DNA from: Neocallimastix sp. 'constans'
Taxonomy: Eukaryota
Assembly (NCBI GenBank): GCA_050613775.1
Contig: JBODTK010000121.1
Coordinates: 434,001 to 498,000 of the forward strand
Direction of reading: 5' to 3'
DNA: 64,000 nucleotides
Made by a program: the position numbers and the translations under genes. Of the stretch, positions 51,198 through 64,000 are shown piece by piece. The notes under the pieces are model-generated. The model saw only the letters and a list, made by a program, of their open reading frames with translations. It searched no databases and was not told the origin of the DNA. The stretch's first letter is position 1. Each line of letters begins with the position of its first letter.

Positions 51198-53672
51198 TTT
51201 TCAATGATTAATATTATTTAAAAATATATTATATGAGAAATTTATTTAATTGATATTTATATATTGCTAATAATATTATTATTGAATATTGATATATTAT
51301 ATTTTTTTCGATTCAATAATTAATACTATTATTTATATAAAATATTATTTTTTCTTTTTTTACGAAAAAAAAAGTACAACTAGTATTAGATTTTCTTTAA
51401 AAGATGAAAATCTTATTTTAAATAATAATTTGTATTATAAAAATTTTAGTGTAAAAGTCTATTAATAAATGAATAATTAAATTAAAATATTATAATTGTA
51501 TATTGCACCTTGTCAATTTTACAATTTATATTTTAATCTTTCAATTATTTTTATTAATATGAATTTATCTAAATACTTTATAACAATTATTATTAATAAA
51601 CTTTCGCGAAGAAGAAAAAAAATTATTTTTTTATTTTTTATATTATATTAAATTCCAAAAATCAAGAAAATATTCAAATATATTATATAGATAATTTATA
51701 TTACAATATATTTTAATATATTGGATAAATTAAATTTTCATTAATATTTGATTTTTTTAAAAAATAAAAATAAAATATATTATTTTTTTTTTAAAAAAAT
51801 TTATTAAATATATTAATTTTAATTTTTTTTTCTTTATTTTGTTTTTTTTATTAACTATTTTTTATATTTATATTTTTTTATATACTTATATTTATTTTTT
51901 TTATTTTTATATTTTAATATGTTTTTGTATTTTTAATTTTATTATTATTTTATTTTTTTTTGTCTTAATATGCTTTTATATTTATATTTTTTATTTTTCA
52001 GTATTTTTATTTTTTTATCAGAAGTACATTCAATTAAATATGAATTTTACTTAGACATAATCTTTAAAAAATAATACATAATATATACGTACAAATATGT
52101 TCAGTTTATAAATTGTTTATACAAATAGAATTGATTTTGTTATAAATAATTAATTTTTAAAATTTTATTTAAAGTAATAAATTAATATTAAATTATTTTT
52201 ATGCAAACTTAATGATATATATAAATGTATATTTCAACCCATTGAGGTGTAATACATTGTTGATATGTCTATATAACCAATCATATATTAGTTTAATTTA
52301 TGTATAATCATAAATTTAGTAACCAATCATACTTATATGTTAATACATTATTATACAGAAATTAAGTTTAATAAAAAATTTCAATTTTAACAAGGAATAA
52401 TTTAAAAATAATTTTAGTGTATTATAAAGGAATGTACATATACTAGTATAGTTGTTAAAAAGTAAAATTTCAAATTAACATATTTGTATATTTGTAAATT
52501 GTTCTATTTAAATAACACTTTCTTTAATTATATTATATATCGATTTATAATTATTCAATAATATTGTTAGATATATTTTTTATTAGTAAATAATAATAAA
52601 ATAAAACATTTGGTATAAATTTCTATAAAATATTAATTTATATTAAGTATCACTAAATTATATTATATGATTAGTTTATAAAACTAGACTCAAAACCTTA
52701 TTCTTTAATGAGAAATAAGAACTTTTTTTAAAAAATATAAATATATATAATGCGTTATTTTGATTACTTACTTATTTATTAAGTTAAATAAATATGAATA
52801 TAATTTTATTTCTTCTTACATTTAAACCAATTATTTTAATTCATAATTGTTTTCTTATTTCTTTTGACATTAAAATAATTATAGAATACAATTCTATATT
52901 AATTTATTTTATTTAAAAAATGAATTATTACCAATATTTTCATCTTCATTTGCTGGTCCATTGATTATAATATATATTATTATTTAGTTAATAGAGGTTT
53001 TGAAATATATGGTTATGTTTTTTTAATAAAATCTTCATATATTGCAAATAGCGCCTTTACTTATAATATTATTCATAATATAACAAATTTTTAGTTACAA
53101 TTATATAATAAATGTTTTTTTTTTTTCCTCATTCTATCACATTAAAAACAATATGTTTTACAAAGAAGATTATGTTATTTCGTAATTTATTTATTTATTT
53201 TTTTTTTTTCATTATTTTTATTTTTAAATTTTTTTTATTTTCATTTATTGTTTATTAATTTTTACTATTATAATTTATTTATTTATTTATTTAAATTATA
53301 TAGAAAGAAATATTTCTGTATTTGCCAGGATTTTAATTTGAAAGGGAATGTCCATTGTTGGGGAAAAGGAAAAATATGATTAAAGTGGCAAAAATATTAA
53401 AGTAATTATCATTATTGGACTTTAAATAGTATATAATAAATTATTTTTAGAACGTTAATAAAATATATTAAAATTATTAATAAGAATATTGATAAAGGAT
53501 TTTAGTAATAAAAATTAATAAAAAAATATTAATAAGGTATTTGTTATAAAATATTAAATATTAATTATAAAATATTAATCAAAAATTTAAAATAGATTAT
53601 TAAAAAGGTTGAATATCCATTTTAAAATTTATAATAAAGATTTACTGTAAAAATATAATATATATATATTTT

Positions 53673-54261
53673 AGACTTAGAGAAAACTTTATTTAATTTA
53701 TAATAATAATAAATTACATGATAAATGAAAAATAAAAAATAAAATACATAAAATGAAATATTATATATTATATAATTATAAAAGTGCGTTAGAAGCAATA
53801 GTTTCTAACTTTTCCCATTTATTAATGATAACATCGAGTCCATTATTACGGAGTAATAATATCACTAGGGTTATCAACCCAATCTGTATTAGATTTTTCA
53901 CCGGGAGGTGAAAATCCATGCCTTATCATATAATTTCGATGTCAATAGTCTTTAGCAATGATAGATTCAATGGAATACCATTTCATTATCAATCTAAAAA
54001 ATCGACAAATTAATTGGTATTACGTTTGTTAGAAACTCCGCAATCCCCACAAAATACGGAATAGTCGACGAGGTTGAAGTTTGTTTAAAAAATATTGTCA
54101 ACTAATTATCTTTGTTTCCTATCATTAAATTTAATTTTATTTCATATATTGAACCCCCCCCCCCCCCCCCAAGAAGACCACTCAATATAAAATAATAAAT
54201 ATTATTATCATAATCCTTTTCTGAATCTAAAGAAATATCAAAAGATTTTTCTTCAATAATC
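53673..54261 (-). mobile_element. LINE 3'-end relic, copy 2 (more 5'-truncated)
   Basis: Homologous to 44709-45340. Translates as TIPYFVGIAEFLTNVIPI...MKWYS...IRHGFSP. Probable 15-bp TSD with one mismatch (AAATATAATATATAT at 53651 / AAATATAAAATATAT at 54262). Confidence 0.65.
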
Positions 54262-55149
54262 AAATATAAAATATATTAATAAAAGATTTATTATAAGAAT
54301 TTTTATTTTAAACTATTTTAATAAAAGGTTTATCATAAGAATATTTATTTTAAACTATTTTAATAAAAGGTTTATTATAAGAATATAAAAATTTGGTTTA
54401 TAATTATCTTTTTTTATTAATTTATTAAAGGTTTATAATTTGGTTTAATGATTATTATATTTTTAATGATATATTTTAATAAATGCTAACTTTCGTGGGA
54501 AAAATAAAATTATATTATAGAAAATACAATATTTTAATAATAAAAATAAATCAATAAACGATAATATGCTTTATAAAAAACATTTTTATTAATAATATAA
54601 AATATAAAATTAAATTTTAAAAACTACCTATTGACTGAACTATTAACTAAATTACTCGTATCTTTAATTACTCATTATTCGTTCTTTGTTCTTGATTTTA
54701 CAGCTATTTATATTTTTATTAAAGTTAAAATTGATGGCATTTCATAAATATTATAAAACAAAATAAAATATTATATTGAATTAAAATTAATAATATAATT
54801 TTTATTATAATTTTGGACATTATAAATTTTTAGAAGATAGGAAAGTTCAATTAGTGTAAGAAAACAATAATTTATTTCGTGGGTTTATTATATATAAGAA
54901 GATATCTTTATGGACAATAAAACTAATAAAAACTATATAAATAACTTGAATTACACTTCAATATATAATAAATATTGATAAGACTATTAATTTAATATTT
55001 GTTTTATTCATATTATTCTTTAATTGTTTTTTTTTTTTATTTAATGCTATTATTATTTAATAATTAATCTTCAATACATAATCTCTTATATAATAACTTA
55101 ATTAATTTCTAAATTCAAAAAAATTATAATTGTATTTCTATTTCTGATA

Positions 55150-57470
55150 AAAATTCAAATAAAGCATTAAATCAAGCTAAATATGTTAAATCAAGCAATA
55201 ATTTATATTAAAATACTATAATTAAAGAAAATTCAAATTCAAATTTTAAAAAAAATGTGAACAAAATAATTACAGACAATAACGACAAAAATTCATTAAA
55301 TAATGTCAATAAAAATGAAAATAAAAGAATGATTATTGACAATAAAGAAACTAATGACAATGAAAATTCTATTTCAAATACGTCCAATATTTATATTTTT
55401 AATACTGAACTAGACTCATACACCACTTCTAAAAATAAGAAAACTTCTAAGGAAATAAGTATGAAAAAACCTTTTAAAAGTAAGTATAAACCCTTTTCCT
55501 GACTTCTTGATGTAATATTTGAAAATAAATAATTCAATGAAAACTGTAAAAGAAAAATTAAATATAGTAAATCTTATGGAAAAGTAAAAATTAATGAAAA
55601 TACTAAAACTAATATTAATTCCTTATCTATACCTATTAATACTTATTCATTATGTATCAATAAAAAGCTTGAATTTTGTTCTATAAAAAATTTGATTGAA
55701 CTTCGAAGTTACAAAGATATATTCAATAAAAGAGATAAAGGCCTATTGATAGAAGCACTAAACAGTGAATTTAATAATCTAGAAAAATTAAATGTTTATA
55801 TCAGAGTTAAAAATATCAGACAAAGAATTAATGCCATTACTCCTTGACTCATATTCAAATATTAAATTAAATCTTATATTTCTATTGACAAAAGAAAAAT
55901 TAGATTAGTTGCTCGCGGTTACACCCAAAAGGAGGGAGTTGACTTTGATAAACTTTTTCTCATATTAAAGGAAAAAAGCACATAGATTACTAACTGCTAT
56001 AGGAGTAGAAAACAACTTCAAAATACATCAATTAGACATAAAAACTGTATACTTAAATGTCAAACTTGGAGAAGATATCTATATGTTTCCACCTTAAGAT
56101 CATAAAGATTATAACAAATATATATAGAAATTAAGAAAAGCACTTTATGGATTGAAACAATCTGATCTTGCTTGGAATTATGAATTAAACGATAAACTAA
56201 AATGAATTTTAAAAGATTAATTAGTGATCCTTGTATTCGTGTAAAAAAGGATGATAATAACAATATTATTTACTTAATAGGTGTATACGAAGATGATATG
56301 GTATTAATAGGTATAGATAATGAAATAGAAAATACAAAATTATTACTAACAAAATATTTCGAAATAACTGATTGAAATAAAATATATAATTGAAATATAA
56401 TTTGAAATGCAAAAAGGTGATTACTTATTACAACAATAGTAGACCTATTTCAAATATATATTCATATTAAGATTTTGAATTATAAACTAAATCCTTTAAT
56501 ACATAGAAATATCAACAAGTAATTGGAGCTTAATATATTTAGCTATTTGTACTAGACCAGATATTATTTATTCAGTTATTAAAGCATCAAAAAACCCAAA
56601 TAAACCAACTTTATTCGACCTGGAAAATTTAAAGAAAATTCCCAGATATAAAAAAAAAAACCCTGATTACGCTATAAAGTATACTAAAAATAAAAACATA
56701 GATATAAGCGTTAATGTTGATTATGCAGGTGATAAAGAAACAAGAAAATCTACCACCTTTTCTAAATTGATTACTTATCTGGACCTATAATCTGGCACTC
56801 CAAATTACAAATTTTTATTGCCTTGTCAACAGCTGAAAGTGAATATTATGGTATAGTCAAATGTGCTAAAAAATAATTATGGCTGAAAAATATATTTAAT
56901 GAATTAGGTATTAATAATAAAGAAATGATAATAAACTCAGATAACCAAAATGCGTATCACGTGATCAATATACTTACAGATAACATGAATATAGTTAAAT
57001 GAGAAAACCTATATTGCTTAATGAACTATAAAACTACACTGTTTATATACAATTGTGAAAATAATACAGTAAATCAAAATGCATAAATATTAAACATCAT
57101 TATTCAAGATAACATAAATGAAGATTAAATATATATAAGCGTCAGAAATAATTTAACTGATTTTATAAATTTTTTAAATGAAAAATTAATAAACCAATTT
57201 AGAAACAACATACTTTTAAAATTTTGAATAATATAAAATTTTGGGAGAGATGTTGAAAATAAAGATTAATATTATTTATTCTATTATGAATAATTATATA
57301 TTATAATATTGTATTAATAAAGTATTTTATAAATTTATGTATAAGAAATGTAGTTTCTCAATTTATTTAAAATGTGTATATAAATAATTATATGTAATTG
57401 TAGCATGATATAAAGAAAGAACCTTATATTATTTTAATAAACTAAATAAAAATTTTTTTATATTTCAAAT
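55150..57470 (+). mobile_element. Degenerate copia 3' half (linker, RT, RNase H, PPT, probable 3' LTR from 57251)
   Basis: Fragments RLVARGYTQKEGVDFDKTFS, QLDIK, KKALYGLKQS, GVYEDD, LIYLAICTRPDI, VDYAGDKETRKST and LSTAESEY. PPT GGGAGAGA is followed by TGTTGAAA at 57251. The 5' boundary and LTR end are approximate. Confidence 0.85.
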
Positions 57471-57693
57471 CTTATTATATTAAAAACAAAAATTATTATT
57501 TATTAAAAATCAAATAATAATTATATTATTAATTTAGATATAATATAAAAAATAATAATAGTAAACTTTATTTTATAATGTAAAGAAATGGTTTTACCAT
57601 TCCTATTAATTTAAGAAGTATAAATAGCTGTAAAATTCAATAAAAAAAAATCATTATTATTATAAAATATCATTGTAAAGATAATTTTTAATA

Positions 57694-57781
57694 CGACGCC
57701 GTACCGGTATGGCAGTTAATCATACTCCCATATTACTATATGGGGAAGACCAAAGTCTTCAGTCTATAAAAAAAAAAAAAA
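57694..57781 (+). mobile_element. Short poly(A)-tailed double-hairpin retroposon, copy 2
   Basis: CGACGCCGTACCGGTATGGCAGTTAATCATACTCCCATATTACTATATGGGGAAGACCAAAGTCTTCAGTCTAT(A)n, with 17-bp TSD AAAGATAATTTTTAATA at 57677-57693 and 57782-57798. Confidence 0.92.
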
Positions 57782-60700
57782 AAAGATAATTTTTAATAGT
57801 TTTAAATAAAAGAGTTATAAAAAAAAGTTTTTTTATAATTATTATAAATTAATAAAAGATTTATTTTATGTGAAAATTTGGTATAAAATATATTAATAAA
57901 ATATATTAATAAAAGATTTATTATAAGAATATTTATTAAAAAATATATTAATAAAATATTTATTATTAGAATATTTGTTATAAAATATATTAATAAAATT
58001 AATTATATATAATATTTGTTAGACATTAATAATATTTAGTATAAATTATTGATAAAAATTAATAAGAGCTATTGAATATTATTACTAATAAATATTATAA
58101 AATGTTCATAAAATATTGATAAAATATTATAATTATTTGGAAGTTTGGTATATAATTATTTTTATCATTATGTTAAAGGCTAAAAAATTTGGTTTAATAA
58201 TTAATATATTTTTAATGATATAATGTACTATACACTGTACCATATTTTTGAAAGTATCTTAATCAGGATGATAATTCTAAATATCAAATTATTATATTCA
58301 TAAAAATAATACACTTGATAATAATTTTTAAGTTACTCTGTTTTTTTTTTTTTTTTTTTTTTTTTTGCATTTATTTAATGTTATTTTATTACTTTTATAT
58401 AAATTATTAATAACCAACTTTTATTAATAATTATAGCATATAACCTAATTATTATTACTAATTCCTATACAAATCCTATAATCTAAATAGTTATCCTATT
58501 ATAATATATCAATTCCTGCCTAGTTATTCTTTAAAAAGGAATATTTATTATTATTATTATTTATTTTTTATTATTTCTTAATTTTTTTTTATTCTTTCCT
58601 ATATTTTATTTTAATTCCATTTACATAAATATATAATTATTTAATAAAATATTATTATTTAAAATTACGAATTATTACTATTACAAATATTTAAAAAGTT
58701 AATTTCCTATAAATGGGAATTCTATACTTTTTCTTTGGTTTTGTAACACACAATATAATTTTGACATAGATAAAACTGGACTATTAAGGGAAGATAAAGA
58801 AGATGAACCATTATCATTTATGAAATTCGATGGTCTTCCTGACCCTTAAATGTTATAAATATATATATATATTATATTATTTTCATTTCATTTTTAATTT
58901 ATATATAGAAAGTATTATCATTATATATAAAAATTTTTTTAATTTCTTTTTATAAACTTTTTTTTAATTAAAATTTATAAATTTATTTAAGAAAAAGTTT
59001 TTCATATTTCATAATAATAATTATAATTAATTTTCAATTTATATTTATTAAAAACGATAAGGATATAAAAATAAAGAATAAATATATATATATGTATATT
59101 TATAAAAAGAATATAATAGTAATATTCAAATAAAATTTAAAATGATTTTAATATTAACCATGTTTTCGAAAAGAAGTTCTTCCTACACTACTTGAATATT
59201 GAGGTGAATAGCATGCAAAATTTCCTTCATGTAATTTATCATTACTACTTCGAATATTTTGGGTTTGCATTTGTCCCAATGAATGGTTTTCTGAACTCAT
59301 TTTAAGAAATGTGTATATTATTTATGTTATTATTCTATTTAAATATATAGATATATATGTATAATGTTTATTTTTATTTTTATACTTTTTTTTTTTCTAT
59401 TTTTTTTTTATTTATTTATTACTATTTTTTATTTCGACAATAATAATTATTAAATATATTATTTATACAATATAAATAATATTTCAGATAGTTATTCTAT
59501 ATAATTATTATTACAATAAAAATGTTGTAACAAAAAGATGATATATTTATGATGCTCTATGTATACTGAATATAAGGTCCTTTCTATATATAAATATATC
59601 AAATATAATAATTTAATATAAGCATATTCTTTATATACATTAAAATATACAATATTGAATGATTACTGTTTTTTTTTTTTTTTTTATAATATTGATAAAA
59701 TTAATAGAATATTATTAAACATTATTAGTAAATTTAATCATAATCATAATCATATATTTTATTACTAAATTTTTTTTTTTATTTTAATAATTTATCAAAA
59801 TTAGATTATGATAAAAGGATATTAATTGATATTATTAATAAAATTATAACGATACTAATTATATATTATATATATTATATAATATAATTTATTTTTTAAA
59901 GAAAAAAATTTTAAAATATAAAAAAAATATGTAACTACATAAAATAAAGCTTTATAAAATTATTAATAAAATAAATTATATAAGTTATGTTTTAATTAAT
60001 TATAAAACTTAAAATTTATTTATATTCATATATATTCATATATAATATATTTTACAAAAAATATTATATAAGATTTTCAAACTATAAGCTATATTATATT
60101 ATATATATATAGTATTTTTATTTATATTAATATTTTTTTTACTAATTATAAAATAATAATAATATATAGCTGGTAGTACTAAATTTTTTTTTATAATAGT
60201 TATATCACAAAATTAGAAAAAATTTAAATTTTTCTTTTTTAAATTAAAACTTTTTTTTTAATATATATATATAATAATAATTCATTAACTATTCAAAATA
60301 TATTATATAAATTATTAAAGTAAAATTTAAAAAAACAAGGGTATATAGTGATTTGTAATGTTTATGACTTATAAATAATTATCATAAATATAATTTATAA
60401 ATTATTATCAAATGTATCTTTATATAATATTATTGGAATTAATTCATTTGAATAATTGAATAATATAAAATTAATATCAAATAAAATAATAAAAAATAAC
60501 CTTTTAAAAATAATAATGTCTCAATCTCATAATTAATAAACTTTATTTTGTATATATATATTTTATTCAAATATTTATAAATTATTATTAATGTAACTTA
60601 AATAGTTATTTTGTTTACCATTAATTTTTTTTTTATTAAATATTTATAAATTATTATTAATGTAAACTTCCATAGTTATTATATTTCCATTAATCAATTT

Positions 60701-61782
60701 TTCTTTTTCTTTTTTTTTTTTTTTTTTATTTAAATAAAATTTAAATTATATTTTAAGAATATTTTGATTTTTGGAAGCTTTATTATTATAAAATATTTAT
60801 TAAATTTAATATAATATTTAATAATCTATTAATAGATATATAGAAAGAATGAAATTTATGTTATAATTTTTAGAATATATATATAAGAAAAATTGTATAG
60901 TTTTTATTATTATTATTATTATTATTATTAATTGTATATTATAATTTTTTGTTATTATTTGTTATTAATTATTACTATTATTAATTATTATTATATAATT
61001 ATTATCAAGACTATCTATTATTATTATATTCTATTATTATTAATTTTGCTATATTTTCAAACTAAAACTCCTCAATATTAATTGTTTTATTAACCAAAAT
61101 TTTATAACGTAATAAATACAAAAATTATTACAGAAATACAATTTTTATTATCAATATTTTATCATTTTATTAATTAAATTTTATAGTTAAATTATATAGT
61201 TAAATTATATAGTTTAAATTTATTAATTAAAATTTATAAAAGATCTATGAGAGGATTAGTGTAGTTGTTCCTCCCTCAATGATGATTTAAGAAATCACTG
61301 AAAAGAAGCCTGTCGTATAAAGCGGTATAAAGGGATTGTCTTTTATATTAACATTGCTTAGAGAGAGGTCAACGTTGACGACGAATCGGGAAAAGAATCC
61401 AATGAAAGTCTTTTATATTTAAGTTAGAGACTGAAGGCCCTATTATCTTCTCAGTATTGAAAAAAACTATTAATTTTAAAAATCCTTAATTTTTTCCTAT
61501 ATTAAATATATTTTTCCTTATTAATATTGAGTAAAATTTAAGAGTAAAAAAAAGAAGATTTAAGGATGTTTTAAAAAAAAAATTTAATTTAAAAATTTAA
61601 TTCAAAACAAAAATTATTCTTAGTTTACTTTTTTAGTATTTATAGTTATTGATAATAAAATATTTATGTAAAATTTTTTATAACTATATTAAATAAAGTT
61701 TGTAATAAGAAATTTTCTGTATAATATTTCTATACATATTATATTGAGCATTAAATAGTTTAAAACTTTCAAAAAATATTTT

Positions 61783-63208
61783 ATTTATTAAGCCCAACTA
61801 TTAGTACTAAATAATGTACAAAAGATTTTTTAATGAAAACTTTATTTAATATAATTTTATACAAGATTTATTATTATTTAATTTAATAAATTTAATTATA
61901 CTAAAATAAAAATTTTTCTTTGTTTACTTTTTATTTATTAAAATACTCTTTTTTATAAATATATCTTCCCTTCGTTATGTTTACAAAACCAGATATTATA
62001 AATTTATAAAACCTCATTTTATTTATTTAAAAAATTCTTCCTAAAAATCCTTAATTTTTAAATTTTTTTTTATATAAAATATATAAAATAATAAAATAAT
62101 TTTTTAATTATTACTAAATTAGTATTTATGTATTTTTTTTTTTATTTCCTTTTATTGGAAAGGGCGCTTTTTTATTATAAAAAGATTAATTTAATTTAAT
62201 TTAATATTTGATTTAATTAGTATCAAATAAAATTTAAGAATAAAAATTAATAATTAAAGGTGCTATATATAAAGTAATTGAAAGATTCCATATTAATTTT
62301 CTTTGTTAAGATATCATCAAGCATATCATTAGAATTAATATGTAGAATACTAATAGACTAATTTAAATAATCCATTACAAATGTGGAACCTTCTATTTCC
62401 TTTTTATGAATTGTTTAGTCATATAAATTTTTTAATAAAGTCAGCGATTGCATTAAATTCTGTTTCAGTTGTGTTTCTGGCTGTGAATTTTTGTATTTTT
62501 AATTTCCAGCAAACATGGGCACATACTATGTATTTTCTTTTGTCCAGTGGTTGATTTTGCATTATCGTCATTGTCTTTTGGTAGTAGTATAGTAGTTTCA
62601 TCAGACGGAATTTCTCTATTACGAGTAATGGTTTCTCCAGTTGGAATTTCTTTATTAAGAGTAGTAGTTTCTTCTTTTTCAGTTTCACAATAATAAGCCC
62701 TTTAAATAATCCCATAATTCAAAGGCTGTATCAATATCTTCTACTTTATACCAGGTCTCTTCACTTAAATGTTTATATATCATTCTTCTAGCTTTAGAGT
62801 CACCCTTTTCAGAGATAGTTTTAACATTTAAACTACTTCTTTCTATTTTCTTAGTAGTATTATCATATAAAACAATGGTATGATCGAGATTAGCATCCTC
62901 TAATTTTTCCATTATGAAATTCCTCCATATTCTATAGTTTCTTTCATTAAGAATTATTCTCTCCATTTTGTTTACTAATACACTTTTTTTTACTTGTTAA
63001 ACTTTTTTATTTTTATTATTACTTATAATATTTTTTTTGTACAGCTGAGATTCTTAATCATTTAAATAAGCCCAACTATTAATGCTCAATAATGTGGTTT
63101 TTTAAAAAAAAGTTTATTTAATATAAAATTTAATACAAAATTTATTATTATTTTAAATAACAAATTTAATTACACTAAAATAAAAATTTTTCTTTTGAAA
63201 ATAAAACA
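61783..63208 (-). mobile_element. Short degenerate gag-only LTR element (copia-related)
   Basis: Diverged direct repeats at ~61790-61925 and ~63068-63200 both start AAGCCCAACTATTA. PBS GATTAAGAATCTCA on the minus strand at 63059-63046. The frameshifted gag (62966-62419) has LNERNYRIWRNFI and DSKARRMIYKHL...TAFELWDYLK. No pol seen; boundaries approximate. Confidence 0.72.
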
Positions 63209-63898
63209 ATTATTATTATTATTATTATTATTATTTATCTATTATTAATATATTATTTTACTTCATCCATAATTAAATAGTAATAATAATTATAAATAAA
63301 ATGTTTTTTTTATTAATTTTGTAGACAAGTAAAAGAATATAAATCCATTATTAAAAATATTAATATATTGAATGAATACATTGTAACTGAAAAGCATATT
63401 ATATATATAAAAATATAAAAAAGTTTAAAAAAAAAAAAAAAAACTATTTAAAAAAAAATTATTAAAAATAAAATTTTATTATAAATTAAATTATGTAATA
63501 CAACTAAAATAAAGTGAAATTGAAAAGTAATTATAGTATTATAGCATAGTGAATTGAAAAATTCTACCAAAAAAATAAATCAAAAAGTAACATCTGTAAA
63601 TAGTGTGGTGTTCACTAAGCTCTCTTTCAAATTAAGAGAAATACTGTTAAGAGATTCGATGTCCATAGATTCGTTGTGTGATGAACATTTATTATCTTTA
63701 TAAAAAAATACACTTCAATTGCTTTATTTATTAATTATTAAAATATTGTATATATCGTAAATGAAAAACTCATTATACTTTTTTAGGAGAAAAAAAATAT
63801 AGAAATTTAAAAATAAAATAAAATAAAAATTATAAATTAAAAAAAATAATAATAAAATATAATAAAAAATAAAATAAAAATAAAATAAAATAAAATAA

Positions 63899-64000
63899 AA
63901 TAAAATAAATAGTAAAATATTAAATACAAAGTATAGATTGAATAAAATAAATAGTAAAATATTAAATACAAAGTACAGATTGAATAAAATAAATAGTAAA
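63899..64000. repeat. 42-bp tandem repeat running off the window end
   Basis: AATAAAATAAATAGTAAAATATTAAATACAAAGTA(T/C)AGATTG, about 2.4 copies. Confidence 0.85.

Noticed and set aside
53450..58220. AT-rich direct repeats (~54265-54480 vs ~57900-58220) and a short inverted match (~54695-54745 vs ~57595-57645) as the LTRs or TIRs of the decayed copia
   Set aside because: They do not coincide with the PPT-defined LTR start at 57251. They are probably a separate low-complexity repeat family whose boundaries I could not define.
63580..63700. Minus-strand peptide LKESLVNTTLFTDVTF resembling a BTB-domain start
   Set aside because: Too short, immediately followed by a stop, and no further domain is visible.

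Overview
Extremely AT-rich eukaryotic DNA with GT-AG introns, most consistent with an anaerobic gut fungus (Neocallimastigomycota). That assignment is inferred from base composition and a sugar-binding-protein/7TM fusion gene. Four host genes look intact: a two-exon SPX-RING E3 ligase ending in a CaaX box (6954-10451, +), a five-exon solute-binding-protein/class C GPCR-like receptor (11720-15177, +), a 1081-aa low-complexity orphan (33538-36783, -) and an ABCF2/Arb1-type ATPase with a very long repetitive charged N-terminus (47043-51197, -). The rest is AT-rich spacer and transposon debris. This includes a young full-length Ty1/copia element (25951-32329, TSD AAATA), a non-coding LTR element (16634-18783, TSD ATTTT), several decayed copia elements, an APE-RT LINE lacking its 3' end, two LINE 3' relics, a Mutator relic with related MITE/TIR copies, and two copies of a ~80-nt double-hairpin poly(A) retroposon with long TSDs. 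Most notably, four different LTR elements share a primer-binding site complementary to the anticodon arm of tRNA-Lys(CUU), implying half-tRNA priming. Three of these sites can fold into local hairpins. All calls are from manual reading and translation; no database searches were run.
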